Part shown: positions 45,695 to 59,897 of the stretch, piece by piece
How the letters are laid out: each line of letters starts with the position of its first letter
Numbering within the stretch: position 1 is the stretch's first letter
DNA from: the human T2T-CHM13v2.0 reference genome, Homo sapiens
NCBI RefSeq assembly: GCF_009914755.1
Contig: NC_060940.1
Length of the DNA stretch: 64,000 nt
Reading direction: 5' to 3' (one strand)
Notes under the pieces: model-generated
Told to the model about the DNA's origin: nothing
Databases searched by the model: none
What the model saw: the letters and a program-made list of their open reading frames with translations, nothing else
Position numbers and translations under genes: made by a program

Positions 45695-46663
45695 TGTGGC
45701 AAAGCAGGTCTCCCTCACGGCTGAACAGGCAGGCCTCTGTAACAACTGTTCCAGCACTGACTGAGTGGTTACGTTAAATATTAAAAGCTGAGGCTGGGCG
45801 TAATGGCTCACATCTGTAATCTCTAAACTTGGGGAGGCTGAGGTAGGCGGATCACCTGAGGTCAGGAGTTCGAGACCAGCCTGGCCAACATGGTGAAACC
45901 CCGTTTCTACCAAAAGTACAAAAATTAGCCGGGTGTGTTGGCAGGCACCTGTAATTCCAGCTACTCGGGAGGCTGAGGCAGGAGAATCGCTTGAACCTAG
46001 GAGGCGGACATGTAGTGAGCTGAGATTGTGCCATTGCACTCTAGCCTGGGCGACAAGAGCGAAACTCCATCTCATAAATAAATAAATTAATAAATGCCAA
46101 GAAAGCCAGTGCCCTTAAACAAAGGCTGAAATGTAACAAAAACCCCCCAAGAGTTTTGCCTAGGCCTTTCCTAGGCCTTGAAACATGACAAGATAATAAA
46201 GGAATTCTTAACAGGACCCATTTAGGATTAAACAAGTGTATTGGGGGTCTGAAGAAACTCCCCAGGTCTTGAGAAATAAGTTTTTTGGGGTTCTAAAGGA
46301 ACTCCCCACACCTCCATGATTTAGCAGGAGACAAGAGAAGGATAATCATCCCAGCACCTGGACCCATTTAGATTAAGTAAATTTACTGAGGCTGCAGAGG
46401 AAGGTCTTCAGGACTCACATCTTATAGATGAGACGTTAATCACTTACATCTTTAGACGAATGCACACTTACAGGTAGACATATAGCTTAGAAGCTGTATA
46501 AGCTCTGGAAAACTTTCTAATTTTAAGTTGGTCTGGTGATATTTCCCAGGCCTTCTCCCTGTACCCGGTTACAGGAATAAACTCCCTTGTCTCCCAGTTC
46601 TCGTGCATGTTGTTATTGGGCCACGAGAATAAGCAGCCTGACCCTCAGTTTGGTCTGGGAACA
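45695..46663 (+). mobile_element. ERV-type solo LTR (family not confidently assigned) interrupted by an Alu
   Basis: tgtggcaaagcaggtctcc ... tataagctctgg (TATA) ... aataaactcc (polyA) ... gggaaca; TSD agtc/actc; internal direct repeats. Confidence 0.75.
45792..46093 (+). mobile_element. Alu (AluSx/q-like)
   Basis: ggctgggcgtaatggctcac ... gcgaaactccatctc(ataa)n. Confidence 0.93.
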
Positions 46664-46988
46664 ACTCTTCAGGAGTCACCTCTTTCTTGTATCTGTTTCC
46701 CTGTGCCCTTCTTACCTCCTTCCAAACTCTGCAGAGGAGGCCCCCGCCTGCCTTTTTTCCTGCCTTCTCTCCTTCCTTCCTCTGTTCTGGAGACAGGACA
46801 TACTCTTGCAGGACCAGCATCTCCTGTCTCTGACGGGCCCACTCTCTGTACTGTCTCTACCTGTCACCACTGCAAGAGGGTGCAGAACTCAGACTTTGAG
46901 CTCTTCAATCAGCATATCCCTGACTGTAGGGATTGGCCCAGGGTTGGGTACATGACCCAAACAAAGTCAAAGAGATTAAATGCCTCAG

Positions 46989-47278
46989 GGCCGGGTGCAG
47001 TGGCTCACATCTGTAATCCCAGCACTTTGGAAGGCCAAGGTGGGCGGATCACTTGAGGTCAGGAGACCAGCCTGGCCAACATGATGAAACTCCATCTCTA
47101 CTGAAAATACAAAAAAAAAAAAAAAAAAAATAGCTGGGCATGGTGGCCAGCAACTATAGTCCAGCTACGCAGGAGGCTGAGGCAGGAGAATCACTTGAAT
47201 CCAGGAGGCGGGAGTTGCAGTGAGCCGAGATCATGCCACTGCATTCCAGCCTGGGCAATAGAGACTCCATCACACACA

Positions 47279-47334
<56 letters not shown>

Positions 47335-47350
47335 AAAGAAAGAAAAAAGA
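46989..47350 (+). mobile_element. AluS with tail converted to (CA)n (47270-47329)
   Basis: ggccgggtgcagtggctcac ... gagactccatcacacacac; TSD agattaaatgc. Confidence 0.93.
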
Positions 47351-47605
47351 AAAGAAAGATTAAATGCATGGGATAGTAAGCTGATAGGATGTCCCTGAGC
47401 TGCTGATGGCCATTTTCTCAGAACCTGGGGAGACCCCACCAGAGGAGAGGAGAGCTAAGCAATGCAGACAGTCCTGGCCATTCAAGTGGAGCCCCTGGGT
47501 CCCTGCGTCCACTCCAGACCGTGTTCAAACTGTAGTAATTTCCCAGCACTGCTATAGCAAATAGCCATGAACTTGGTGACTTAAAACAACAAAGATTGTT
47601 GCTTT

Positions 47606-48231
47606 TGTTATCAGAAAGGGGTCCCGATAAAGATCCCAAAGGAGGGTTCTTGGAAATTGCAGAAGAAAGAATCAGAGCGAGTCCGTAAAGTCAAAACAAG
47701 TTTATTAGAGGAGCGAAGAAACAAACGAATGGCTACTCCATAGGCAGAGCAGCCCTGAGGGCTGCTGATTGGCTACTTTTATGGTTATTTCTTGATTATA
47801 TGCTAAACAAGGGGTGAATTATGAGTTTTCTGGGAAAGGGTTGGGGACTTCCTCAGGAGGTGAGGTTCCTCCCTCACCTTTAGATCATATAGGGTAACTT
47901 GTGATTGTTTCACGGCGTTTTTAAATTGTCATGGCACTAGTGAGAGTGTCCTTTAGCATTCTAATGCATTATAATTAATGTATAATGAGCAGTGAGAGCA
48001 AACCAGAAGTCACTTTCCTTGCCATCCTGGTTTGGGTGGGTTTTACCTGGCTTCTTCACCACATCCTGTTTTATCAGCAGGGTCTTTATGAGCTGTGTCT
48101 TGTGCAGACCTTCTGTCTCATCCTGTGACTAAGAAGTCTAACCTCATGGGAATACAGCTCAGTAGCTCTCAGCCTCATTTTACCCAGCCCCTATTCAAGA
48201 TGGAGTTGCTGTGGTTAGAAGGCCTCTGACA
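47606..48231 (-). mobile_element. MER41B-like ERV1 solo LTR
   Basis: termini tgttatcag...ggcctctgaca; perfect TSD cttt; contains aatgcattataattaatgtataatgagcagtg and the GAS-bearing segment. Confidence 0.88.
47828..47836. promoter_or_regulatory. GAS (STAT1) motif TTCTGGGAA in MER41B
   Basis: matches TTCNNNGAA at the position of the known MER41B STAT1 site; function untested. Confidence 0.5.
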
Positions 48232-48748
48232 CTTTCATGATTCTGAAGGTCAGAAATCCAAAAATCAGGCTGTATCCAGGACCATATTTCCTCTGAAGCC
48301 TTGATAGGAGAATCCCTCCTTTCTACTTCCAAATGCTCCTTGGTTTATGGCAGAATGACTCCAACTCTGCTTGTTTGCACATGGCCTTCTTTCCTAGGTG
48401 TGTGTCAGACCTCCCTCTCCTTTCTCTTACAAAAAGACTAGTCATTGGCCCACCCTAAATTCAGGACAATCTCATCTTGAGATCCTTAGCTTAATGACAT
48501 CTGCAAAGATCCTACACATTCATAGGTAGCAAGGGTTAGGACTTCGACTTATCTTTTTAGGAGATAAATTCAACCTGCTACAACCTGTGCAACTTTTTCT
48601 GTTACATATATGACATTTCCCCTGATAAAGCAGCTTGGTTTAATATAGCCGCAGTGTGTCCCTGGCATCCTTTCTTCTTACTTCAGAAGCTCAGAGGTCA
48701 AAAGCACCTTAAAGTTCATTCAATTCAACCTGTTAACATGAGGCTTGG

Positions 48749-49121
<373 letters not shown>

Positions 49122-49760
49122 TCAGCAGTTTGCATGGCAAAGGAGAAAAAGAATGCTGACTCCCAGCCAAGAATCAGCTCTGTAAACCTTGGATTTGAAA
49201 CACAGTCACTGTGTGAACTGCCCAAGTCAAATGCTCCAGGCCCACCTTCCCTCTCCTTTACTGAGGAAGTCCGAGATCCACCTCTGGGTGCAGGACTCTT
49301 TGGGGTTCTGGCTGGTAGTTGCCACCCAAGCCTAGCACTGCTATTTTTTTTCGGAGTCCGTCATGCCATAATTTTCTGTAAAGAGGTAGCATCAAAAGCA
49401 GCATTTGTGTTGGCAAAAAGCTAGCCCATCTTAGGGTCTTTCAACAGTGACTTTTTTTTTTGTTGCTCTTGTTGTTTTAAAATAAGTGGGGTTCTCAGCT
49501 TTGAGATAATGGGAATGAAATCGAACCTCTATTTTTAGAATTAAAACACACACACACACTTGAAATAAAAATGTGTTGTTGGACTTCTACCAAATGGTTG
49601 GTGACAACATAAGTTATCTCATGCTGTCTGAACCACTGGTCAGTAGTGAGATACATGTTAGAGGATCTGATTTGTTTGCAAAGGAGTGAATGACTCACTT
49701 GCAATGTAAAATGTACATTTTGGCTGTGTTCTGTAGGATTTCAACTATAGGCCATCCTAG

Positions 49761-50160
<400 letters not shown>

Positions 50161-50174
50161 CCCGGATTTATTTA

Positions 50175-50481
50175 TTTACCTATTTTTATTTTCTTTTTTC
50201 AACATGAAGTCTTGCTCTGTCACCCAGGCTGGAGTGCAGTGGTGCATTCTCGGCTCACTGCAACCTCCGCCTCCCGAATCAAGCGATTCTCCTGCCTCAG
50301 CCTCCCAAGTAGGTGAGATTACAGGCATGTGCCAACATGCCTGGCTAATTTTTGTATTTTTTAGTAGAGATGGGGTTTCACCTTGTTGGCCAGGCTGGTC
50401 TCGAACTGCTGACCTCAAGTGATGCACCCGCCTCGACCTCCCAAAGTGGTGGGATTATAGGCATGAGCTGTTGTGCCTGGC
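50175..50481 (-). mobile_element. Alu (AluSx/z-like)
   Basis: antisense dimer; outer TSD agcatagaggattt flanks both Alus. Confidence 0.92.
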
Positions 50482-51480
50482 AGCATAGAGGATTTTTAGG
50501 GCAGTGAAAATACTCTATGTGACACTGTAATGGTGGATCTGTGTCGTTATATATTGGTCTCAACCCACACAATATACAACATCAACTGTGAACTTTAATG
50601 GAAACTCTGCTCTTTGGGTGATTGTGATGTGTCAGTGTATATGGTTATCAACTGTAACAAATTGCACCTCTGGTAGGGGGTTTTGTTAAGGGTGAAGCTA
50701 TGCCTGTGTGGGGCCAGTGAGGGTATATGGGGAATCTCTTTATACTTGCTGAATTTTCTGTGAACCTAATACTCCTCTAAAAAATAACGTTAGTTTGAAG
50801 AAAATAAAAATACATTTTGACAAATTCATTCCTTCCCAGGATTTGCAAAAGCTGAAATCACAAAGGGTGTCTCTGATGAGGTGAGGTCCGGAAGCACTTG
50901 TCCCTGCAATTCCTGTTGGAGAGCCTTTAAGAACTTCTCAGCAGGGCTGTTTGAAAAGCTTAAAGCTAAGAAAGGCCTTTGTCTAAAAGAGCCTGGTTGA
51001 AATCCCTGCTCCCAGCTCCTTGCTGTGTGACCCTGGGCAAGTCACTCCTTAACCTCCTCCCTGACTTAAGCCAGGCTAATCCCCATCTCTGCGGATTAAA
51101 GGAGATAACAGACGCCAGGCACTTAGCAGCGAGTGTGGCCTATCCTACGTGCTTCATAAATGATGGTGGAAATGATTATGATTGTTGCTTTATTATCTCT
51201 AGGTTCTCCTCCTTCCCTGGAGTCTGGGGGTGGCAGTGTTATGTAGCTTCTTCCTAGGTCATGAGGTGGGTTTATCTAGACTCTGCCTCCATGGTTCTCG
51301 GGGCCAAGGGCAACTGTACTGCTGCAGATTGCTGTGGTGGTAGATTCTGGGAGAGGTGGGTGGTGTAAATCACTAATGAAAAGGAAAGCATTGCTTTGCA
51401 CTCATTTGGGTGTAAAAAATGGAGAATTCAGGACTAGAATGACCAAACATAAACAAATCCAATTTCCTTTTTCTTTTGTT

Positions 51481-51779
51481 GTGTGTGTGTGTGTGTGTGT
51501 GTGTATGATGGAGTCTTGCTCTGTTTCCCAGGCTGTAGTGCAGTGGCGTGATCTCAGCTTACTGCAGCCTCCCGGGTTCAATTGATTCTTCTGCCTAAAC
51601 CTCCCCAGTAGCTGGGATTACAGGCGTGCGCCACCATGCCTGGCTAATTTTTGTATTTTTAGTAGAGGCAGGGTTTCACCATGTTGGCCAGGCTGGTGTC
51701 AAACTCCGGACCTCAAGTGATCTCCCCAACTTGGCTTCCCAAAGTGCTGAGATGACAGGCATGAGCCACTGCGCCTGGC
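51481..51779 (-). mobile_element. AluS with (TG)n in tail
   Basis: (gt)n atgatggagtcttgctctg ... gagccactgcgcctggc; TSD acaaatcca. Confidence 0.92.
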
Positions 51780-52883
51780 TGACAAATCCAGTTTTCACTG
51801 AGTTCTGGAAAATGTGAGTCCAGTGACTATATTATCTGAACTTAAAAAGTAGATGTGATTGGCTCCAAATGGGAATGATAATAATCATGTTTATTATCCT
51901 GGGGTGCTTTCTGCATAGCAAGTACTCACTTAGGTCCTGTTCATTAGTCAGTCTTTTAATCTGCACTGAAATAGGTGCTGTCGCATCCATGGGGATGAGG
52001 AAACTGAGGCATGGGGGGATTAAGTTGTTTGCCCAAGGAAATGCCGGGAAATAGTAGCAGAGTTGGCATTTAGCATCGGGGGATCCAGTGCCAGGTTTTT
52101 AATGGATTCACTTAGGGCTTTGGAATGGGGAGTAAATGCTCAAAATGGAGCGTATCATAGAAAATCGGAGATACGTTTTCTTATCTTAGAAATAAGAACC
52201 TGGACTTTGAAGGTAGTGATTTTTACTCTATCACGGGGTTCTCAACCATAGACTGGGGGCCTAAAAAGCACATAAGGCATGGTTCCACTAAAAGGAGACA
52301 TTTACGCTCTTGCCAGAGGCTTCCTATCTCTCTGAGCCAGCTGCCTTCCCCTCTCTGTCCCAGCTTCTCACATAGGGCCACATCCAGGGCCAAGGAGGGT
52401 AAAATGAGCCTCCCGTTGACTGGGCACTCCTGCAGGCACTGAGGATAAAATGGGAGTGAAGGGAGAGCAAGTTTTGGCTCTCAGAGCACACACAGTCTAG
52501 TTTGAAAGAAATAATAAGTCATGGCAGGACAGCCAGGAGGAAGGGGTACATGACCCTGGGGGGTCTTCCAGAGGTCCCTGGGCGAGGTGGAGGGGTGAGC
52601 TCATTCTGCCATCCACGGAGCATGATCACAGTAGCTTATTAGGTGGCGAGAGGGGCGGACGGGGGAAGACTGAGAGAGATGGATCGAGTTATGCAATGTC
52701 TTTGAGAAAGAATGGAAGATACGTTAGTTAAAAATAAGGCCAATGGACTGGAGAACATGGGGTCACAGAGCAAGAGGCAAGGTGGAATGATGTTGCTGTT
52801 AGGCATGAGATAGTGCAAGCTGGGCTGAAGTGAAGCGAAATTGATCTAAATTACACCTGTGATGAGAAGTCACTGTAACTCTG

Positions 52884-52913
52884 CCTGCCTCTATCTGTCT
52901 GTCTGTCTATCTA

Positions 52914-52956
<43 letters not shown>

Positions 52957-53460
52957 GTCTATCTATCTATCCATCCATCTATCCACACATCCATCTATCC
53001 ATGTATCCATCTATTCATCTCTCCATCCGTCCATCCATGCATCCATCCATCCATCCATCCATTGGCCTACCTATTATCTATTTGCCTATATAGACATTCA
53101 TCCGTCATCTACTTATACATCCCTCTTTTATTTCTGTATGTACCTATCTACTTATCTGTACGTGCATCCACCCTCCATCTATCCATATATCTATACATTC
53201 ATCCACCCATCATTCTATTTGTCTATACACTCATTCATCCATTACTTATCTATTTAAACATTCATCCATTCATCATCTATCCATGTGTTTGTACATTCAC
53301 ACATCCATTTTCTATCTATACATTGATCCATCTCTCCATCCATCATCCATTTGTTTATACATTCATCTACCATCTGTCTGTCTGTACACTCATCATTTCA
53401 TCATCCATTATCCATCCATTATTTATGTATGGATCTGTCTATACATCCATCCATCTACCA
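52884..53460. repeat. degenerate (TCTG)n/(TCTA)n/(TCCA)n low-complexity array
   Basis: direct read; source of SIHPSI-type pseudo-ORFs. Confidence 0.92.
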
Positions 53461-53741
53461 GCAGTGGGGTTGGCTCTCATGTTCCTTGAGCAGGGAAGAG
53501 ATTAGAGGGAGCTGAAGCCTCATGGGAAGGCCAGTTGAAGCCAGTTCCAAAAAGTAATGACATTTGGAGCTAGGATTAGGATGGGGGCAGTGGATAGGAT
53601 AGGAGCAGTGGATAGACGTTATTTCAGAAGAAAAACAGGAACCCTTTCATTTGCTGAATAGACTGACCTGCTTATGTGTTTCTCCTACATCTCTTTACAT
53701 GTCATCAGCTTCTCTAGTTCACCCTGCCCCTCAGTACTCAG

Positions 53742-53770
53742 CACACTTCGCTGTTGAACAGCGAAGTGTG
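53742..53770. repeat. perfect inverted repeat, 14-bp arms, 1-nt spacer
   Basis: cacacttcgctgtt-g-aacagcgaagtgtg. Confidence 0.95.
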
Positions 53771-55434
53771 TGTTCAGTAATTATATTGCTCTTCTAAGGG
53801 CCTGGTTCAAGACATTGAACACGGTAGGTCCTTGGTCAAATGGGTCTTCTTTAATTGTTTGTGCCCATCTGCCCGTGCAGCTGTGGGACCCTGGGGAATG
53901 TGTGGGAGGCAGCAGGTGACCAAGCCCTGAAACTAAGAATGTAAGGGGACAGGGTTTAGAAGCAACCAGACATACTTCCTGAAGAATTGGGTTGTCAGTC
54001 TGAAAAAAGATGCCCCAAATCACTGCTCCAATTCCTCCCACCAACTGTTCAGCTGCCCCGGGTGCCAGAAGGATAAAAACGCTCGGGGAGAGAGGTTGGC
54101 AGTTCTGCTGATGACAGCGGGAAGGTGCTGCCTCTGCTCTTGTAAGGAAGCCATGTGGGCTCACAGTGCTGGGAGGTGCTTGGGTCTGACCCTCGGATGC
54201 ATGAGAGAGCCACTGGAATGGATCTGTGGCTCTGAACTTGCAACCCCGCACAGACACCACCGCTAGACTCGGCCTCAGGGTGGGAACCCCCTCTCCGTGG
54301 GTGTCCTTTAGCTCTCTTTTCAGTTCAGAGTGACTGACAGGCTTTTCTCTGGTTGGTGCCTTTAACTCAGCAAAGACCCCCAGGCAAGCTGTCACTTGGA
54401 GAGAGGATATTTGAAAAGCAGCCTGGTGAAATTAGCAGCGATGGAAACAATGCAAACATTTCATTTCTTTTCCTTCTTTTTTCTTCACTTATTTTTCCTC
54501 CTTCATCAGGCATTTTAATACTGTCTTTTTTTCCTGGTCTCATCTCACGCAGCTGAAATAAAAGCATGCTGCCTGACGCTATCCGGACCGAAAAACTGAG
54601 GCTTCTCCCTGCTTTGGCTGAAGTTCTCCCATAGCCGTTTCCTGAGAGCAGTCTTAAAGATTTAGAAGAGGAAGTCTGGCAGGGAAAGTCTCAGAATGAT
54701 GTGAAGGTGTAGATGATGGATTCCTCCCATCCTGTCAGTTTCAGTTTGCATTTACACAACGTGCCACCATCCCACAGGACTCGAGGAAGCCCACAAGGTG
54801 CTGGCCTCCCATCGAGTACACATACTAACTCCTGTTCTCATGGCAGCTGGCCTCATCTCCCTCCTCTCCCTCCTCTTTGCCTAGTACCTTGTAAAGTAGC
54901 TGATTACCTTCATTAGCTTAGAATGTATTAATCCAGGTTTTTTTGTTTTTTTTTTTTTAAAGAAAACCTGCAGGTCTTCTGGCAGCTGAAGGCTACTCTT
55001 GACTCTTGGCTCTGTGTCAGGATTCACATAATAAGCTCATTAGAGGAAAGTTCCCAGTCCCACAGTGACCAGATTAGTGGGTGCTCAGGATGTGTACTTT
55101 GAGGGAAGGAAGATATCTGAGCAAAGTCAGAATGTTAGAATCTCCCACTTTTTTTCTCCTGTAGTTAATACAGTTCCCATCCGAGAGGTGTCAAGAGCAC
55201 TTACAGGAGAGACCTTCTCCTAATGCATTGGTTAAGAGTACTGCGTGTGAACTTATTCAGTCCACTTTTAGCTGTCTGTCCCCAAAATAGGTAACTTAAC
55301 TTCTCTTAACTCCTCACTACATTCCCAGTCCTTCACCTGTTATGTGAGAATGATAATGAAGTTCTTGGGAAGACCTTGGAGATTATGGATTTTAAAAATG
55401 CTTAGGCAGTTACTCAACGAATCCTATTTAGTGC

Positions 55435-55955
<521 letters not shown>

Positions 55956-56114
55956 AATTCTGAGTGTCAGCCATGTGTGAACCATTGTACTAATTGATGG
56001 GTATGCAATGTTGTGTCACTTGAGACTCTTTCAGTAGTCTGTCATAGATTTCCCACATACAGAAATGTCACACAATAAGGACACGTGTTATTTTATGTAA
56101 TATAAAGTCCTTAC

Positions 56115-56330
56115 AAGCCTGGGCAGCATAGCAAGACCCCATTTAAAAAAAATTAGATGGGCATGGTGGCATACACCTGTAGTTCCAGCTACTTGGGAGG
56201 CTGAGGCAGGAAGATGATTTGAGCCTAGGGGTTCAAGACTGAAGCGAGCTATGATGGTGTCACTGCATTCCAGCCTGGGCAACAGAACAAGACTCTGGGG
56301 GGAAAAAAATAAAAAAGAAAGAAACAAAAA
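56115..56330 (+). mobile_element. 5'-truncated AluJ
   Basis: agcctgggcagcatagcaagacccc...gcattccagcctgggcaacagaacaagactct. Confidence 0.85.
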
Positions 56331-56529
56331 ACCCCAAAATCAAAAACCCATGAAAAACCAAAAAAAAAGTCTTAACAGAATAAGAAGGCAGGGTACTTTC
56401 AATGACCCAACAACATCATCACCTAGACTATTTCTGTCCTTTCATTTTCTCAGTATAGTGGTTTGACACTTAGGTTTGTCTTTTCTCAGTTGCAAGACAG
56501 GTAGTGCAGTTCCCTTAATGTTTCACTGA

Positions 56530-56890
56530 CTTAGTCTGCTCAGGCTGCTACATCAAGATACCTTAGCCTGGGTAATGTATCAACAATGGGAGTACATTGC
56601 TCACAGTTCTGGAAGCTGGGCATTCTAAGATCAGAGACATCAGTAGATTCAGTGTCCGGTGAGGGCTGAGTCTCTGCCTTATAACTGGTGCCCTGGCGTT
56701 GTGTCTTCACATGGTGGAAGGGAAAAAGCACTCCCTCCTGCCTCTTTTGGAAGGGCACTAATCCCATTTGTGAGGGCTATGACCTCATGACGTAATCACC
56801 TTCTAAAAATCCTAGCTCTTAATACTATCATGTTGGATATTAGATTTCACCATATGAATTTGTGGGGACATATACATTCAGACCATAGCC
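56530..56890 (-). mobile_element. MaLR LTR (MSTD/MLT1A-like)
   Basis: ttagtctgctcaggctgctacatcaagatacc...gctcacagttctggaagctgg...ggggacatatacattcagaccatagc. Confidence 0.8.
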
Positions 56891-57119
56891 CCCTTTAACC
56901 TGAATTGGGTCTTATGCCCTGTCTACAAAGGAGACTGGCAAAAGTGACTACTTGGAATATTCAGCATCAATAGAAGAAAGAAGGCTGTGCTAGTAAGAGA
57001 CAACTGCAGTAAGGCTCAAAGACCTTTGTGCTGTGCTGTTCCATTTGTCTGAAACACATGCACACAGGTGCACGTGCATACCTACCCATTTCCTCCTGCC
57101 CTTATTTGATCATAGAATG

Positions 57120-57960
57120 TTTAACAATTTCCTTCAACAGATATTTCTTGAGAACCATACTATCTAATCTGTCCAAGACATAATGATGAAAAGGACACAT
57201 GCGTTTCCTGATTGGATGGTAGTTATAATCTAGCGGAGGAAGACAGACATTTGACAATTGAGTGGGGCTACTAATACATAGGAAGGAAATTATTGGGAAA
57301 AAGTATCCGCTATACAGAGATTTTAAAATATAGAAAGAGGTGTGCTAAAAGGCAGCTGAATTGTTATGGGGATGGGATTCTTCTGGAACACCTTGGGGAT
57401 TCATATGTAAGCTGAGATAGGAATGCGAGGACATGTCAGCCACAGAAACATCCATGGAAGAGCAATCCAGGCAGCAGGAACAGATGACTCAGCCTAAAGT
57501 GGGGAGTGTGTTTGCTTGTTTGGGGAGCAGAAAGGGAAGGGTGGTGTAAGATGGGTTTGGAGGGGTTGGCAGGGGTCCCGCAGTGCAGAGCTTTTCAGAT
57601 TGCAATATGAAGAGAGAGAGAGAGAGAGAGTTGGTGTGTGTGTGTGTGTGTGTACCACTGGAGAGTTTTGAGCAAAAGAAATGTGTTCCCAGTTTACATT
57701 ATTAAAAGATCACCAGCTGTTACATGGAATATGGTGTACTGATTGGGGGCGGAGAATGGAGTCAAACATTCCAATTAGGAAGCCATTGCAATAGTCCTGG
57801 ATAGAGATGACTGTTGTTGGGGTTAGGGTGTTGTTAGCAGACCTGTGGGAGTGTGGACGGATTGGGGACATCGGGGAGATGTCACTTAAGTGGAGTGTCC
57901 ACAGTCCTGCTTCTGTTGGGTGTGGAGGGCGAGGGAAATAGGATTCAAGGCTAAGAGCAG
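57120..57960 (-). mobile_element. L2 remnant
   Basis: ttcaacagatatttcttgagaacc...gagcaatccaggcagcaggaacag...ccactggagagttttgagca...ttaaaagatcacc...aggaagccattgcaatagtcc. Confidence 0.65.
57611..57652. repeat. (GA)n(GT)n microsatellite
   Basis: direct read. Confidence 0.95.
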
Positions 57961-58204
57961 AGAAGTGTCTGATGGAAGAGTCTAATTCCCTGCAGTGATC
58001 CGCTGGTACCCTTTACATCAGCAGCCTCAGTGGGGTGGTGAGATGGGAACTGGACCGACTTGAGATGCGGGAGAATGTGAATGAGCATGGAGTCCGTGCC
58101 ACAGGCAATCCCTGCACGCAAGTTTTACTGTGAAGTGATATAGAAAGAAGAGGGGAACAGAGAGGGTCAAAGACTTTTGTTTCCTTAACAAAGAGATATA
58201 TTAC

Positions 58205-58700
58205 AGCATTTTTTTCCCATTGTGCTAAAAAGCACACAACATCTAACCATCTTAACCATTTGTAAGAATATAGTTCAGTAGTGTTCAGTATATTCACGTT
58301 GTTGTGATAGAGATCACGAAAGCTTTTTCATCCTCTAAATCTGAAACTCTGTATCTATTAACTCTGTAACTCCCCTTTCTCCCTCTCCCCAGCCCCTGGT
58401 AACTGTCATTCTACTTTTTGTCTCTATGATTGGGCTACGTTTGCTACCTTGTATCGGTGGAATTATACAGCGTTTCTCCTTTCGTGACTGGCTTATATCA
58501 CTTAGCATAATGTCCTCAGGGTTCATCCATGGTGTAGGATGTTTCTTCGTTTTTCAAGGCTAAGTAATATTCCCTTATGTGGAATGGATACATTGTATTT
58601 ATCCATTCATCTGTCAGTGGACATTTGGGTTGCCGCCACTTGTTGGTGTCTGAATAGTGCTGCTTTGAACATGGGGATACAAATATATTGCAGCAGATTT
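58205..58700 (-). mobile_element. L1MB-like 3' region
   Basis: accatcttaaccattt...ccccagcccctggtaactgtcattctactt...cacttagcataatgtcctcagggttcatcc. Confidence 0.85.
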
Positions 58701-58967
58701 TTATACTGATTGGAATGTTCTGGGAGAAGTGGAGACATTGATGATGCAGGAGAACAAGCAGAAAATTTCAAGAGCAAATGCTTTGGGGACAGACAACCTG
58801 AGTGGAGGGCTGGCCTTGATAGAGATGGAGGCAGAGGTGGTCTCATGCGAAAGTATAAGTGGGAGACTCCAGGGGAAACACAAGGGAGGCTGGGTAGATT
58901 TGATGTCGAGTGGGTAAGAAAATTTCTGTTCAAATTCATATTTTTTTCAATAAAACCAGAGACAAGG

Positions 58968-59280
<313 letters not shown>

Positions 59281-59897
59281 TAGAGACAAGGCCATCAGCT
59301 TTGAGAGAGTGTGTGTGTGGTGGTGGGGGGCGGGGTTGGAGGATATCAGGGGTTCTTCCCCATTAATAGCATAAATGATTAACAGTAAGTACTTGGAATC
59401 AAGTTGATGCATTTTCTTATGTGCCATGCAGACAAAATAAAGCTCAGCTTTGTTGTCAGACAAAAGCAGCACTTATTACAATGGTTGGCATTTCAGAGAT
59501 AATTCAACTATAAGAGATAATAACACATCAGTCAATCAGGAAGCATTCTTCCCAGTGATATCAACAGAATTACATGCAAGTAATAGACTGTTGTGGACCC
59601 AACTAGGAATTTTCTTTTGCTGAAATGCTCCTATTTCTAGGAGAAGCTCAACGTTGATTTTTCAGCTTCTGTTTGGAGAGTCTGTTTATTTCTTTCTTCC
59701 CGAGGGGATTGTAAATGGTGAGGACTTTTTATTGTTTTTGACAGTTATCAAAGAAACATTTTTTTTAAAGCTGGACCATTGACTGAAAAATAAACCCATT
59801 TGGGATTTTTCGAGTAAAGTGTGTTGAATCATGTTTGTGATACTCACTTTTAAGTTTTGGCGAGCATAACTGCACTGTGTTACCCATTAACCGGTAG

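Larger units (their letters stand above)
47531..48582 (-). mobile_element. MaLR LTR (MLT1B/C-like) hosting MER41B
   Basis: tgtagtaatttcccagcactgctatagcaaatagccatgaacttggtgacttaaaacaac [MER41] ...gagatccttagcttaatgacatctgcaaaga...caacctgctaca. Confidence 0.8.

Noticed and set aside
46210-46380. Direct repeats ggacccatttag(g)attaa and ggggtctgaagaaactcccca
   Set aside because: Internal to the solo LTR U3, where such repeats are typical of LTR consensus sequences.
53781-54395. 204-aa minus-strand ORF
   Set aside because: Non-ATG start and no homology I can recognise; moderately GC-rich sequence gives long chance ORFs.
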